Under the pieces are notes generated by a model. The model did no database searches. It saw only the letters and a list, made by a program, of their open reading frames with translations, and was not told the origin of the DNA. From a virus (Duplodnaviria; Caudoviricetes), in the IMG/VR virus record IMGVR_UViG_3300014047_000002, positions 35,129 through 99,128 of that record: a stretch of DNA of 64,000 bases; one strand, given 5' to 3'. The position numbers and the translations under genes were made by a program. Of the stretch, positions 17,900-31,100 are shown one piece after another (the first letter of the stretch is position 1; every line of letters starts with the position of its first letter).

Positions 17900-18129
17900 T
17901 ATTCTATAGGTTTTAATTTATCTTCAAAATATTTGCTTAATAACCATTCTTCTTTACCATTATCATAAACATGACATAATTCATAGTAAATACAAGTATG
18001 AAGTTTACCATCTTCCAATTTAACTGTCCAAGTACTTACAGACATAACTCTACATTTCCATGGTTTATCTTCATCACAATCTTGATAATAAACAAGATCA
18101 CCAATACTATATTTTGTTTTTATATCCAT
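17899..18129 (-). CDS. hypothetical protein (SH3/KOW-like start TKYSIGDLVY)
   Basis: Operon ORF. Confidence 0.7.
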   Translation of the reverse strand: MDIKTKYSIGDLVYYQDCDEDKPWKCRVMSVSTWTVKLEDGKLHTCIYYELCHVYDNGKEEWLLSKYFEDKLKPIE

Positions 18130-18132
18130 AAA

Positions 18133-19449
18133 TTAATCACCCCCATCTGCTGCTTTAATATTAATCTTAGGTATCATCATATGCTTAATTACACAAGTAT
18201 CTGTAATTAAGTTTTTAATTTCATCTGTATCTTTATAAGCCATCGGTGACTCATCGATAGTACCTTTGCAAACAGTTGTAGAATATACATTTATCATAGA
18301 TTCTTTATATTCTTCCATTGAAATATTCTGCTTAGCCTTAGAGCGGGACATTTTTCTTCCGGCACCATGTGCACATGAATTTAGCCATTCTGAATTTGAA
18401 AGACCTTCACAAATTGCAATACCATCTCTCATATTAAATGGTACCAGCATTTCCTCACCTTCATATGCTCGTATTGCAGACTTTCTTAAAATATGGTCAT
18501 GAAGATCAATAAAATTATGAGTGGATGTAATTGTTCTTATCTCTTTAATTCCATATTTAATAAGAATGTCCTTAATTATCTTTTGCACAGTCATATGATT
18601 ATATTGTGCATAAAGCTGTGCAAAACACATATCACAAAGATAGCCTTTCATATATTCTCCTGAAAGATAACCATTAATATGATTTACAGAAAGTCCTTTA
18701 ATAAATTCTTCTTTAGCTTTTTGAAATTCCTTGTTATTAGAATGTGTTTTCTTATATTCCTGTTTAAAATTCTTTAATGCTTCTTTCATCTCTTCCTTTG
18801 GCATAGGCTGATTTGCTTTTTGCATCCAATATTTACAAACCTTTACACCAAAATTACGAGATCCAAAATGTAATGTTACTCCTGCTAAATCATCCTCTGT
18901 AGATTCGTCATATTCAATAAAATGATTACCTCCACCTACTGTTCCTAATGATTTATAAAAAGTGCCTTCATCCATATTCAACCTCTTAAGCTGCTCAGTA
19001 ATCCATTTTTCTGTTACTTGATCCGGAAGATTCATCAGCATTTCAGGCCAGAAATTACGATATTTGTTAAATCCTTGAGTAAGAAATTGTCTAAACTGTC
19101 TTTCATCAATAATTACATGATCATTAAGTTCAAAGCCAAATGGAACATTATTTTTTATACGATGTTCAAATTCAGAATATTTAACCTTTGGAACTTTCTT
19201 ATCCAATATCATCATTGATACAGTACATCCAATATCAACACCAATATGTTCTGGACAAATATAATCGCCAATAGTTGTAACTAATCCACATGGACCTGAT
19301 GGTCCTACATGTACATCTGGCATACATACAACAGTTTGATTAGCAAATGCTGGACAATTAATTATATCATATACTTGTCCATATACATCTGCCTCTATAG
19401 TATCAGCAAATATTTTTGCTGTTGTATATTTTCCTGTTAACTCTATCAT
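18133..19449 (-). CDS. rtcB: RtcB family RNA 2',3'-cyclic phosphate/5'-OH ligase
   Basis: MPDVH, GVDIGC, LGTVGGGNHFIE, HFGSR, HN, HGAGR, DESPMAYK motifs. Confidence 0.95.
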   Translation of the reverse strand: MIELTGKYTTAKIFADTIEADVYGQVYDIINCPAFANQTVVCMPDVHVGPSGPCGLVTTIGDYICPEHIGVDIGCTVSMMILDKKVPKVKYSEFEHRIKNNVPFGFELNDHVIIDERQFRQFLTQGFNKYRNFWPEMLMNLPDQVTEKWITEQLKRLNMDEGTFYKSLGTVGGGNHFIEYDESTEDDLAGVTLHFGSRNFGVKVCKYWMQKANQPMPKEEMKEALKNFKQEYKKTHSNNKEFQKAKEEFIKGLSVNHINGYLSGEYMKGYLCDMCFAQLYAQYNHMTVQKIIKDILIKYGIKEIRTITSTHNFIDLHDHILRKSAIRAYEGEEMLVPFNMRDGIAICEGLSNSEWLNSCAHGAGRKMSRSKAKQNISMEEYKESMINVYSTTVCKGTIDESPMAYKDTDEIKNLITDTCVIKHMMIPKINIKAADGGD

Positions 19450-19898
19450 TTTTTATATAATCTCTTAAATTGCTCCAATTCTTTAATAGTTGCATTTTTT
19501 CTACTATTAAGATTTGATATTTCTTTATCAATATCATTAATACTATCATTAATATCATTTATGGCCATATTTATTACACTATCTTTATTAGTTCCAATAA
19601 TATAACCATCGTAATATACAATAGATTTATTTTTTGACTCTAAAGTATTTCCACTATGACATGTACCAAAATTAATAGCTTTTATTTTATTACTATTTAA
19701 TGAAATATAATAACATCCTCTTGCCATATGCCACGGACGTGATACTTTTATTTCTAATATATCATTTCTTTTCAAAAAATAAAGAATATCACCATCTTTA
19801 ATATCTACAAATCGTTTATCACCATCAACATATTTTGTAGGACTATAATAATTATTATAATATGTTGCATAACAATCATAAAATAAACTACTACTCAT
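19446..19898 (-). CDS. hypothetical protein
   Basis: ATGA-coupled to rtcB. Confidence 0.75.
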   Translation of the reverse strand: MSSSLFYDCYATYYNNYYSPTKYVDGDKRFVDIKDGDILYFLKRNDILEIKVSRPWHMARGCYYISLNSNKIKAINFGTCHSGNTLESKNKSIVYYDGYIIGTNKDSVINMAINDINDSINDIDKEISNLNSRKNATIKELEQFKRLYKK

Positions 19899-19909
19899 AT
19901 TTTAAATCT

Positions 19910-20359
19910 TTATAATTCTTCGATTTTTAATCTTACTGTCATTGCACGTCTATCACCCTTTCTGAATTCATATTCATTAGTTTCATAATTCAATTGATCA
20001 TACTCCCAAAATCGTTGAGAATCTGGACCATAAGGAAAACAAATAGCGTACAATTTAATATTTCTCCATATTATTGAAATTTTTAAATTATTCTTTTCAA
20101 ATCCATCAATAAATCCAAAATAATCTATTGAATTTTCATCATAATCAGAATCTTTATTCATAAGATCCTTAATTATTACATCTTCTTCTATTATTGTACA
20201 TTTTACCCTGATAACCTGCTCAGGTGATCTACCATATAGATTGGCAAATTTTTTATCTATGCCAAAGCTATCATATACCATTTCACCCGTCTTGATATGT
20301 TTATGCTTTGCACAATTTATCTCAAAAGATGTGCCAACTTTATAATCATTAATTGTCAT
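19910..20359 (-). CDS. hypothetical protein
   Basis: Operon ORF. Confidence 0.75.
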   Translation of the reverse strand: MTINDYKVGTSFEINCAKHKHIKTGEMVYDSFGIDKKFANLYGRSPEQVIRVKCTIIEEDVIIKDLMNKDSDYDENSIDYFGFIDGFEKNNLKISIIWRNIKLYAICFPYGPDSQRFWEYDQLNYETNEYEFRKGDRRAMTVRLKIEEL

Positions 20360-20454
20360 TTAATATTTTATAATCAGTATTTTTAGGATAACTGTCTATT
20401 ATTCCAAATAAATTAATAAAATTATAATACTCTATTAATTTTTTAATATCAATA

Positions 20455-21033
20455 TTAATATCTTTTAGTTCCATCTTGACATAAATCATTATATTGTTTT
20501 AGTTCTTCACATTTATTTGGTAAATTATGACATTTTAATAAATGTTGAAAGCGTAATTCAAAATTTAATGCCATCGGATTCTGAAACCATTTTCTATTTA
20601 ATACTTTTATTGCACGTATTGCTTCTGTTTCTGTAATACCATCTTCATAATTAGTTTGTACAAAATGGTATAACTGAGAATCCCACATATCACCATCATC
20701 ATCAATTATAACATAGTTATCAATTTCTGAATGATTATTAAGATACTGCTGGATTTCCCCACCTCTACCATTACCTAAACCTACCCATGGTGTTACATCA
20801 TAAAGGTTATCAATTAACCAATATAGCATTTTATTCCTTGGACATCTTTTTTCTTTATAAACCATACTTTTTCTAGTTTCTTCAACAGTCTGCATACGCC
20901 AAGAAGATGAAACAACAATTTTTGCTGCTGTTTCATCTACTATCCTCTTAATCAATTTTATTTTATCTGCTTTAAGATACCATTTTGGAGGAATTGTAAT
21001 AACGCCATCGAAATCTAGAAATATTACTTTCAT
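20455..21033 (-). CDS. HAD-family phosphatase (Swiss-Army-Knife RNA-repair HAD-like)
   Basis: IFLDFDGV, IVVSSSWR, RGGEIQQYL, YVIIDDD, FVQT..GIT. Confidence 0.85.
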   Translation of the reverse strand: MKVIFLDFDGVITIPPKWYLKADKIKLIKRIVDETAAKIVVSSSWRMQTVEETRKSMVYKEKRCPRNKMLYWLIDNLYDVTPWVGLGNGRGGEIQQYLNNHSEIDNYVIIDDDGDMWDSQLYHFVQTNYEDGITETEAIRAIKVLNRKWFQNPMALNFELRFQHLLKCHNLPNKCEELKQYNDLCQDGTKRY

Positions 21034-21269
21034 AAAGTTAAAATAGTATTTACAAGCTGCTTACGCTCTTCAACAAGTTCATTTAGTTGTTCATCCAATT
21101 TCTTCAATTTTTTATTTAATCGTTGGCGTAAGTATTCTTTTGCGTCTTTTTCATTTTCAAATGTCCACGGTTTTGCATATTCATAGTATGATGAGTTAGG
21201 ATCCAAAAATACTTCATTAATTTCTACTTTTTGGACATTTACTTGAAAAAATTTCTTTTTCTTTTCCAT
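21030..21269 (-). CDS. hypothetical protein
   Basis: Operon ORF. Confidence 0.7.
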   Translation of the reverse strand: MEKKKKFFQVNVQKVEINEVFLDPNSSYYEYAKPWTFENEKDAKEYLRQRLNKKLKKLDEQLNELVEERKQLVNTILTL

Positions 21270-21270
21270 T

Positions 21271-21672
21271 TTATAAAATTATACTTAATATAATAATGAT
21301 AAAAGTTATAAATATTTGAATAAAATGTATTAACTGATCTTCTACAAGATTCAATTCAAACTTATTCGCTTTTAAATCATCTACATATGCATGTACTAAA
21401 CCGTTTATAATAATACATCCTATTAATGCAATACATGATACTGTTGGTACCAAAAACATAACTGGTAACATTATCATAATACTCCAAGAGAATGCATGTA
21501 TTATCAAAGCGGCAATATAATCATTCTTATACTTTTCTATATCAACGTTTGCATCTTTACATAAGCGCTCCCAATAATTCTTTTGTTTTAAATTACTGAG
21601 ACATACCGGTTGAAATACAAAATCATCAATAATATGGCATAAAACCATTAATAAAAATACTTTCAAAAACAT
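21271..21672 (-). CDS. DUF3307-like membrane protein
   Basis: HIIDDFVFQ..LIIHA..HAYVDDLK..DQLIH motifs. Confidence 0.8.
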   Translation of the reverse strand: MFLKVFLLMVLCHIIDDFVFQPVCLSNLKQKNYWERLCKDANVDIEKYKNDYIAALIIHAFSWSIMIMLPVMFLVPTVSCIALIGCIIINGLVHAYVDDLKANKFELNLVEDQLIHFIQIFITFIIIILSIIL

Positions 21673-21793
21673 ACAATATTCATTAAATTTGTATAATTAA
21701 TCTTTAGATTATTATAAAAAAATAATAATTGTCTAAAATACAATTACATATTAACAAAATTTAATAAATATTATAAAGGTAAATTTATACAAA

Positions 21794-22048
21794 ATGATGT
21801 TGGTTGTCGAACTAATGTAGAATTTTATATATATTGTGCAAGGATACAGTATATGGCTTTACAACAAGATTACTGGTAAGTCTTCGGAAATCGCTAAAAA
21901 ACGCCTTGATATTTGTAATAAATGTGAACATAATAAAAATGGAGTTTGTGAAATTTGTGGTTGCATATTAAAAGCCAAAGTCAGAGCAATCTATCCTATT
22001 GATGATTTTGGCATAAGTATAGAAGGTTGTCCAGAACGAAAGTGGTAA
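21794..22048 (+). CDS. small Cys-rich Zn-binding protein
   Basis: RLDICNKC..CEICGC.LKAK..CPERKW; start extended through TAG (21815 also possible). Confidence 0.7.
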
Positions 22049-22068
22049 AGGAAATTTAGAAGAAATAG

Positions 22069-22101
22069 AGAATGCATATTAATTAGATATGCATTCTTTT
22101 T
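22069..22101 (+). terminator. intrinsic terminator
   Basis: AGAATGCATAT/ATATGCATTCT + T-run. Confidence 0.7.
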
Positions 22102-22151
22102 ATACTTTAAATTATATCATACAATAAATATTAAAATATTAATTTACCATA

Positions 22152-22694
22152 ATGACACATAATAATAAAGTTCTTTATGAAAATATAATAAATGGTTTAT
22201 CTAAAAATTTATTAAAATGTATAAATGAATCACAAATAGATTTATTATTAGATACAGAAAAAGAGATATTAGATAATAAAGATTTTCAAAATTGGTTTAA
22301 AAATTCTAAATGTGTAGATGAGGATAACATGACGCCATTAGTGCTTTTTTATGGTGGTGAAATTGGTTCTACTGATAACTATTGGTTTTCTGATAGTAAT
22401 ATTGTAGCTAAATATTTTGGTGCTGATAATAGAAACCGTTTTAGAAAAACACGTTTTCATAAAGCATTTATTAAAATGTTAAATCCATTAATTATTGATT
22501 GGGGATATGATGCATGGTCATTTCATTATGATGATAATGATAATATTGTTGATACAGAAACAATGGCAGTAACAGCAAAAGAAAAAGGCTATGATGGATT
22601 AATTATTAAAAATGTATATGAAGGTGAAAATGAACAATATTTATGTGATGATTATGTAGTATTTAATGATAAACAAATTTATTGGATAAAATAA
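22152..22694 (+). CDS. ADP-ribosyltransferase-like protein (ART-PolyVal-like)
   Basis: FQNWFKNSKCVD..PLVLFYG..WFSD..A..NPLIID..GYDGLII..YVVFNDKQI. Confidence 0.65.
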   Translation: MTHNNKVLYENIINGLSKNLLKCINESQIDLLLDTEKEILDNKDFQNWFKNSKCVDEDNMTPLVLFYGGEIGSTDNYWFSDSNIVAKYFGADNRNRFRKTRFHKAFIKMLNPLIIDWGYDAWSFHYDDNDNIVDTETMAVTAKEKGYDGLIIKNVYEGENEQYLCDDYVVFNDKQIYWIK

Positions 22695-22919
22695 ATTTGA
22701 TATTTTTAAACTTCATCTATCAATTATTATTTAAATTTTGTATAAATTATACTTTTTCACAAAATTTAACTAAACAAATGCAAACTTTTTTCTTTGGTGT
22801 TGTATAATTCATATGAGCTTTGCGAATGTGAAAAAATATTTTTATATTATATCCTAAATAACTTTTTTGTAAAAATATAATTTTATTCTTTTCTCATTTT
22901 ACTATATAAAAATTATGCT

Positions 22920-22927
22920 TATAAATA
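22920..22927 (+). promoter_or_regulatory. T4-like late promoter TATAAATA (representative of ~12 copies)
   Basis: ATAAATA 21-35 nt before ATGs at 11113, 21794, 22152, 22952, 28168, 34566, 45834, 50541, 55933, 58298 and (minus strand) 4256, 63899. Confidence 0.6.
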
Positions 22928-22951
22928 ATAAAATATTATATAGTTTTATAC

Positions 22952-23869
22952 ATGATTAATTATCTTTAGAATATTTCTGGTAAGACCCCTATTAGTATGC
23001 TTCCAGAAGTTATTAACCATAATAATGAAGCAATAGAATCTGAATTTAATTGGATTTATGATTCTTCTACAAATAGATTAACGAAATCTGTGTATGCTCC
23101 TACAGGAAGTGTTAAAGCACATTTTGGTGAATTTGTTAATCTTGCAGCAGAATATATTACTGTTAAAAATATAGATTCTTTAAAAAGTGCATTAAAGAGT
23201 GCAGTTTAGAAGATGGAACATAATACATTTTCTGATTGCTGGTCATCTGATGCAATACAGCAGGCATATGAAACTGCTAATAATGAATTAGTATTATGTC
23301 ACGATGCATCTGTTATAGCATATAAACAATCAAATGTTTATCAAACATTGGCAAGTTTATAGTCAGATGTTAATCAATTAAAGCAAACAGTACAAGCATT
23401 AAATAACCCGCAAAATAATGTTTATAGTGCAGGTAATATATTAGATGATAATACATATGAAAATGATAATACAGTAACATATGATCGTAATTTATTATTC
23501 GCTTCACCTTTGCAATTAAAACGTAAAAAACTTCCAAAATTACATTTTAATGATTTAACTTCAGGAAATTTATATTCTTATTATACAGTTGTCAATGGTG
23601 AAGTAACTATTGATGATATTAATACTGCATGTATAGAAACAGAAAATATCGGATTGAATGTATTCATTAATTTTAATGATACTGATACAAATGATTATTA
23701 TCGTATTTTATTAGATAGGAAGAATAAGAAATATGTAAAGATAAAAAAGAATCCTTTAAATATTTTGGAAATCAGATCAGCTTCATATTCAGAAGAATAT
23801 GGAACTGTATGGAAACTATATAATTATTCAGTTGTAAATCCAAGCGATATAATATTGGAAAATAAATAA
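22952..23869 (+). CDS. virion-associated hypothetical protein, 305 aa
   Basis: Single frame through TAGs; TATAAATA upstream. Confidence 0.75.
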
Positions 23870-23888
23870 AAAAACATAATGTGAGTAT

Positions 23889-25862
23889 ATGGCAAATAGA
23901 AAAACTCCTCTAATAAAAGCATTAAGACATTTAGGTGATAATTATAGTTCTGGTGGAACAATGTATGTATTTCCATCAGCAAGTGAAGATATTGGGTTAA
24001 ATCTTAATAGCAACGTTAATGGCGTAGCTTTATCACATTATGCTTTATTAAATATTCCACCATTACCAAATAGTGCATATACAGAATCTCCTATAGTTTC
24101 AAATAATGCAGAAGGCGCGGCTAAATCTATAGCATTATCATTATAGAATTATATGATGAATTTTGAAACATTATTATTAAACGATGAAAATTATAATTTA
24201 GCAGATTTGAATACTGTTACAGAAAAGGTATTCTGGCATTGGGCAAAGAAAGTAGGAATTATTAATATAAAGAACTATGATAAAGTAGAGGGATATGAAA
24301 ATATCTATTATGATAAGAAATTTAATGCCGATCATAATAGATTCCAACAGGATGAAACAGTAGTAAAATGTTTTGGAAGTATTGATGCCGGTAATTCGCT
24401 TTCTAGCGATTTTGGTATGTTCAATGAAACTTATATAAACATACCAACAAGTTATGGTGCTGGACCAGTATTCTTTAAATCTTCTTATGATAATAATTAT
24501 CGTTCAAAGCAATATCGTTCTTCTAATGGCGGTACTACATTAGAAGGTAGAGATTATGATACACAATATAATTCGTATCTCGGTGATGAAACTCCGATGT
24601 ATGATGGTAATAATGGGTATAATACTGTTTCTTCCGCAGCAAATGGCCCTGATGGCTTAGAAATAGTAAAAGATATTGATACATTGCAACGTATTGCTCG
24701 TAGGCATTTTAGCCAATTAGAAGGAGCAGCAAAAGATACAGATGCTAATATTAATATAAGCAGTTATGATGATATAAATGTAGATATTAATAATATATTT
24801 AATATTGATACGGAATTTGAATTTAATGCGATATTATTATATTATTCAATATATAATCAAGATGATAATATCAAAACACCTCAGGCTACTAACTTATTTG
24901 GTATTATTTTCTTAGATAGTCCGCGTATCAGTAATACAGAAGATGATACATTCCAAATACCAACGTTTAAAAAAGTAAAATCTACTTCAGAACGTTTTGG
25001 TAATAGTTATTCATTCCGTGTTAATATAAAGACATTATCTGTATATGATAATACAGATGCGATTATATAGGATAATACCACAATGTCTTCTATGGCATCT
25101 ATGGATTTCTCTGATGTAATATATTAGTTAAACCGTGCTATTGATATAATGAATACAAATGTAAATGCTACATAGAAAATAACATCACAATATAATTCTA
25201 TTATATCATTTTACGATTCATAGACACAGAAAATTGATGATATATCTACAGCATTACATTCATATCTTAATGGAACGCATACAGCATTTTTAGATACAAG
25301 TACATTATTTGTAAATACAATTAAAGTAAATTCTAAAAATACAAGTAATAATTTAGAATTTTATGTTATAGACGTATCTGATAATACAGAGGATTTATAT
25401 TATGGTAATCCTGTAATGACAATAGATAGTTCTGGTACACATACAGATTACTTATATACAGATACAATTTATAATAGTAAGAATTTTATTATAGAGCAAG
25501 ATACTACACCAAATGATGAGTTTGTATTAACAGATCCAAATACTGTAACATCATATACAAATGTTTTGGATTTATTATTTAATACGTCTACAAATCTTGT
25601 AGTAAAGGTAAAATAGGATAATAATTATTCTATAGAAAATGAAATATATCATTAGAAGATATATAATCAATTCTATGTTTCTAATAAGTCGAAAATATTT
25701 GAAAAAGCTGCAGATGATGCTGCAAATATTAATTACTTATTGAATAATAATGGAGTTAATTATGCAGGACTTGTACCAATGCTTATTGCATAGATTCAGC
25801 GTATGTGTATAGATATATCAACATTAAAAGCAGAAGTAGAAACATTAAAAAATAATGAATGA
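23889..25862 (+). CDS. structural protein with C-terminal chaperone-like coiled coil, 657 aa
   Basis: Three ORF fragments in frame; C-terminus GVNYAGLVPMLIA*IQRM..LKAEVETLK. Confidence 0.75.
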
Positions 25863-25875
25863 TTTTTAAGAGATT

Positions 25876-28092
25876 ATGAATAATAAGAACGTAAATAGTT
25901 TTTCTGAGAATATGCGTAAGACTATTACTGCATAGACTAATATATTGTCATTATTGTCATCTATACAGAAATCAATGACAAGTAATGATACATTTGTATA
26001 GTATGAACATGATGATATTAATGGAAATGATACGAAGGTATATGAATTGCCAAGTTATAATACAATCATTAATAAACTTTCTGCTATTGAAAAATCTATT
26101 AGTAATATCAGCTCAGGCAAAGGTACAATAAATTTAACAGATGGAACACGTAGACAAATTAAATTAACAAATATTCCAGAAACTCCTGCTCAAATTACAG
26201 GATTAGAAGATCCATCTACATTTAAATTGGATACTAACTGGTTCTTTGAAGATTTAATGTTTCCTGGTGCAACTGTACAAATTGATTTAACAGGCAAGAT
26301 AGAAGATTCCGCTGATCGTGTAAGAGTTTCACGTGTCATATTAGATTCTCGTGAAACTGCTGCTCAAGAATTATGGAATACAAATTTATCGGTGAATGCT
26401 TATGATTATATTTCTTTAAAGGCGTTATTAACATATAATAATGTTCGTTATTCTGAAGATATTGAAACTATTGAATTACCATTAGTCAGTAATACTGCTG
26501 CCGGCGAATTTTAGGTAGTAAAAGATCCAGAAATTATAAATGGTAATACATGGTATAAAGTAGATACTATTAATTATTCAACAATCTCTTCAGATGGAGA
26601 GGGTGAATTTAAGAATAATATATTATCTGTTGGAGATGTACTTGCATATGAAAATACATTATATACAATACAGGAAATAGATTAGAATACTAATAAAATA
26701 CGTATAAAAGTTATAAGTGGTACTGCAATACCCGGCTTATATACAATATTCAGATATTATCAGGATCCATTTAGAGATAAAACAATAAATGTAAGATTCG
26801 GAGCTAATGAATATAATATCATTTATATTAAAGGTGTAAATGAGGATTTTAATTTATTAAGTAATTCTTGGTCAACTCCTATTAAATTCTCCTCAAATGA
26901 TTTGATATATGAAAATGATGGAAGTCAGAATTTCTTGAATTTTTATAATGCAAATATTGTTGACTGGGGTGCAAATATGATTGCAGACGCAAAACAACGT
27001 GCAATCAAAGCATATTATGGAACTATTCCAAATGCACCGGTACTTATAGGAAATGATTTACGTGTAGTGCAAATTAATACACAGATTAATGCAGCTATTG
27101 ATACAGCTGAAGTAAAGAAAACAGCAGCAGAGATAGAAACAGCAAAATCACAGATTAGTTCATTAAAAGCAACTATTGCTTCTCAAAAGACAGAATTATA
27201 GAGTATCACAGAAATGGATAAGTATAATTCTATGCAGCAACAGATTGCAACGAATATGACAGATTTACAGAATTTACAAGCAAGTTATTCAACACTTGTA
27301 TCAAACTTAAAGAATATTGTAAAAGATAATCAGGCTGTTAATGTAAATCCTAAATATCATGTACGCGGTTTCTTTGCTATTCCTGAATATAAGTATAGAG
27401 ATGCAGCACAAACAATTCCTGAAGAAATAATTGGATTTGAAATTGCATACAGATATATTTGTAATGATAATACCGGTGTTAAATTAAATACATTTAATTA
27501 TACAGATGTAACCGGCACATCACAAGTTACAGGTACATTTACTGACTGGTCAATTATGCAAGGTAAATTAAAGACTCGCGTATATAATAATGCAACAGGT
27601 TTATATGAATGGTCAACAGAAAATGTAGCAGATGGCACAGAAATTAATATTAACCAAATAGATATACCTATTACAAAAGGTGAAAAAGTAGAAATAAAAG
27701 TACGTTCTATATCAGAAGCTGGTTATCCTGAGAATCCATTACGTTCTGTATGGTCAAATAGTGTTATTATTGAATTCCCTGACACATTATCAACAAATAA
27801 TGAAATAGCAGATTTGATTACCGAAGTAAATGATGATGCAATGGAGATTGCAATTAATAATACATTAAATTCTATAGGTGTATAGGCACATATGGATGAT
27901 TCTATTGCAAATACAAATTCAGTGAATGGTTTATACTATAAACATGAAGCAAAGAATATTTCATATGAGAATGAAACAGATACAGGAATTGAATCAATAA
28001 GCATGCAAGATAAAATTAATGATATTGATAATCGATTATCATCATTAGAATAGACACTTAGAGCAATACAAGAAGAACTTCAAGCAAGATAA
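25876..28092 (+). CDS. structural protein with coiled coil and FN3-like segment, 738 aa
   Basis: In-frame fragments joined through TAG; VEIKVRSISEAG..SVWSN. Confidence 0.75.
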
Positions 28093-28096
28093 AAAT

Positions 28097-28130
28097 AAAT
28101 GCAGTACTAAAAATAAGGTACTGCATTTTT
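28097..28130 (+). terminator. intrinsic terminator
   Basis: AAATGCAGTAC/GTACTGCATTT + T-run. Confidence 0.7.
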
Positions 28131-28167
28131 AGTCTATAAATAATATAAGTTTAAATTTATAAATGTA

Positions 28168-31100
28168 ATGGCAGATAAAGTTAATTATAAGGCACTAATA
28201 AAGTTCTCAGAAACATCAAGAACTGCTATTTTAGACGTAAATGAATTATTTAATATTAGTACTAATGACATATATAGTACAAATATAATATTTGATGAAA
28301 ATAATGATTTATTTACACCAGAAGTTATATAGTTTTTAGAAACAAATGGATTTAGAATAAATGGACATCATATTTTAAAAGATGGTGAATTTAATATTTA
28401 TAAAAATGAAGATATTCCAGAAAGCTATATTACAGAGCATGCAGAAGAAACATATTTAAATAAAAAAATTAATTATAGTATCTATACTTATAATACAGAT
28501 ATAGATGCTATATATACTTTGTCTTTTGATAAATTTAATTTACCTGATAATTTTTCTGAATTATATTTTACTTTCGATATATAGGTAAAAAGTGCAGAAA
28601 ATAGTAATATTTTATCATTTCCTGTATCTGTTAATATTGTCAGTATTACTTCAAAATTATTACAGCTTTATAACTATTAGGCTAATATAATTGGAGATGA
28701 TACTGGAAGTTTTATGGTACTTAGGACAAATCCTAAACTTACTGGTAATATAAAGCTTGTTGTTACAGAGGATTATAAATTATATTTAGATACATTTAAA
28801 GTTAGCAGTGCAAGTATTTTGAATGAACGAAAATATCGTCATCAATCAGTTGCTGCTAATGGTAATTATGCACATGATGTAAAAACTATTTTTTCTGATC
28901 TGCCAAAAGGAGTTTTATATAATGTACATAGTGATGCATATTTGCCACATAAGAATTATTATGATATTAATATTCAAGTAGAAAATACATATGAGTATGG
29001 TGCAGAAAATAACTTTGATTCTTTATATACCGAAAATATGAAGATATTGGCACCACTTTATATTTCCAAAAAATTACCTGATTACTTCTGTATTTTTAAA
29101 ACTGATAATATTATTAATGCGGAAACATATAATAATGCAAAAATTGATGATTTATCAAAATTAAAAGATGCATTAAAGAATCCTCAAATAGTAAAAATAT
29201 TTGATTTAAGAAATTCTACATCAATAGGATAGTATTTAAAAACATATGCAGATCTTATTAATGCAGAAATACAAGGCGCATGCCATTTACAATTCTTAGA
29301 ATAGAATTTTCGTAAGGTGACAGATGAAAATTATCGTCAAGGAAGAAATACATGGTATGGTATTGATATTAATAAAGGAATAATTACAAAGAAAGTAGAG
29401 ACCAGTTATTTTGGTTCAAAAATATTAGAAAACGAAGAGCAACGCCAGGAAAAATATAATATGTATATTTTAAATGGCTTTGAAAGAAATAATTTGTTAT
29501 ATCCTAATATTATTAATCTTGAATTCATGTTCAATGATGAAGATGCAGCTAATATGTCAATGCATAATTATTTCGGATTATATTTAACAGAGAATCAATT
29601 TATAAAATTCAATAGTATTACATCAAGCTCTGATAATAATTCTGTTATTACATATTTTGATATAAACAATAATGAATTATCTTCAAATGAAGTAAACTTG
29701 GATATTTTAGAAAATGATGATTATGCAGATCGTATTTTCTTTATGAGCACAACTACAGATGCTGCATATGTAAACAGTAAATTGAATATTAATACATTTA
29801 TAAAGAAATATGTTAATAATATTCCTGGTAAAAACATATGTAATATTAAAGCAGATACAAAGGATTTCAAAGATATTAATAACTTTATATCAATGAAATT
29901 TACAAAGCCTATATAGTTTGGTGAACATTTCAAATTTATATTTATGCATAATTATACAAATACAGAAACACTTGTATTTGATATAATTGCATCTAATGAT
30001 ATTCGATTAAGATATACAAAAGATAATATTAATCCTTATATAAGTACAAATACCCCTGATGATGTAACAAAAGATATAAGTATATTTAGCTCTATTTTCC
30101 GTACATCATTTTATACATAGGATTTATCAGATCCTAATAAAACAGCATCTCTTGATATTCAATTATAGCGTATACAAGCATGTATCAGAAAATTTGCTGG
30201 CAGTAATATTTTTGTAGGAAGTATTAATAATGATGCAATAAGTTTTTGTGTAACTTATAATGAGGATGATATTGCATATAATGATGTATATTTTCAACAT
30301 ATATTAGCAGATAATGCTGAACAAGATTATATAAGGTATTATAATTTTAATAGAGTTTATAATACTGACATATTAGAATATAATAATGATTTATATCCTG
30401 ATAATCTCGTAGGATTTTCTAATAATGGTTTAGAACTTACAGGTAATAGAAAGCATACAATTATTAAATTTATAAACACAAATAAGATAAAAGATAATTT
30501 TATTTGTGAAGTTAATTATGACTTATATAAAGATCTTAAGAATATTATATCTCCTATTGTTAATACAATAAAGGGTTATTATCCATTGTTAAAATATAAT
30601 ATTATTCAAGGTTCTATAAAATATAAAAATCCAAAGGATGTATACATTTTTGATGAAAATAATAATATATCAAATTTCTTAGATGATTTAAAAGAAAATA
30701 TATTTTATGAATTTTGCGTAATATCACCATTTAATGTATCTAATCATATTGTATTATCACCATTTAAAGTAAGATTAATAAATTCTTACATTAATATTTG
30801 CGCTCCAAAAACTGCAGCACTTTCATTAATGGGTATTAATAATATAATGGATATTGATACATGGATTAATAATGAAGAAACAATCAAATATAAGAAACAA
30901 GCAGGAGTATCTATTAAAGCCGGTCAAAAATTATATATAGGAAAAGATATAAAATTATATACTACATATCGTTTAACATCCGGAAATATTAGAAATATTC
31001 CATCAGGTAATAATGTTACATTTGCAATATATGGAGATAATATTATATATACTTATAATGATTCTGTATATACAGTAAAACTTCCAAATGAGTATTTGCT

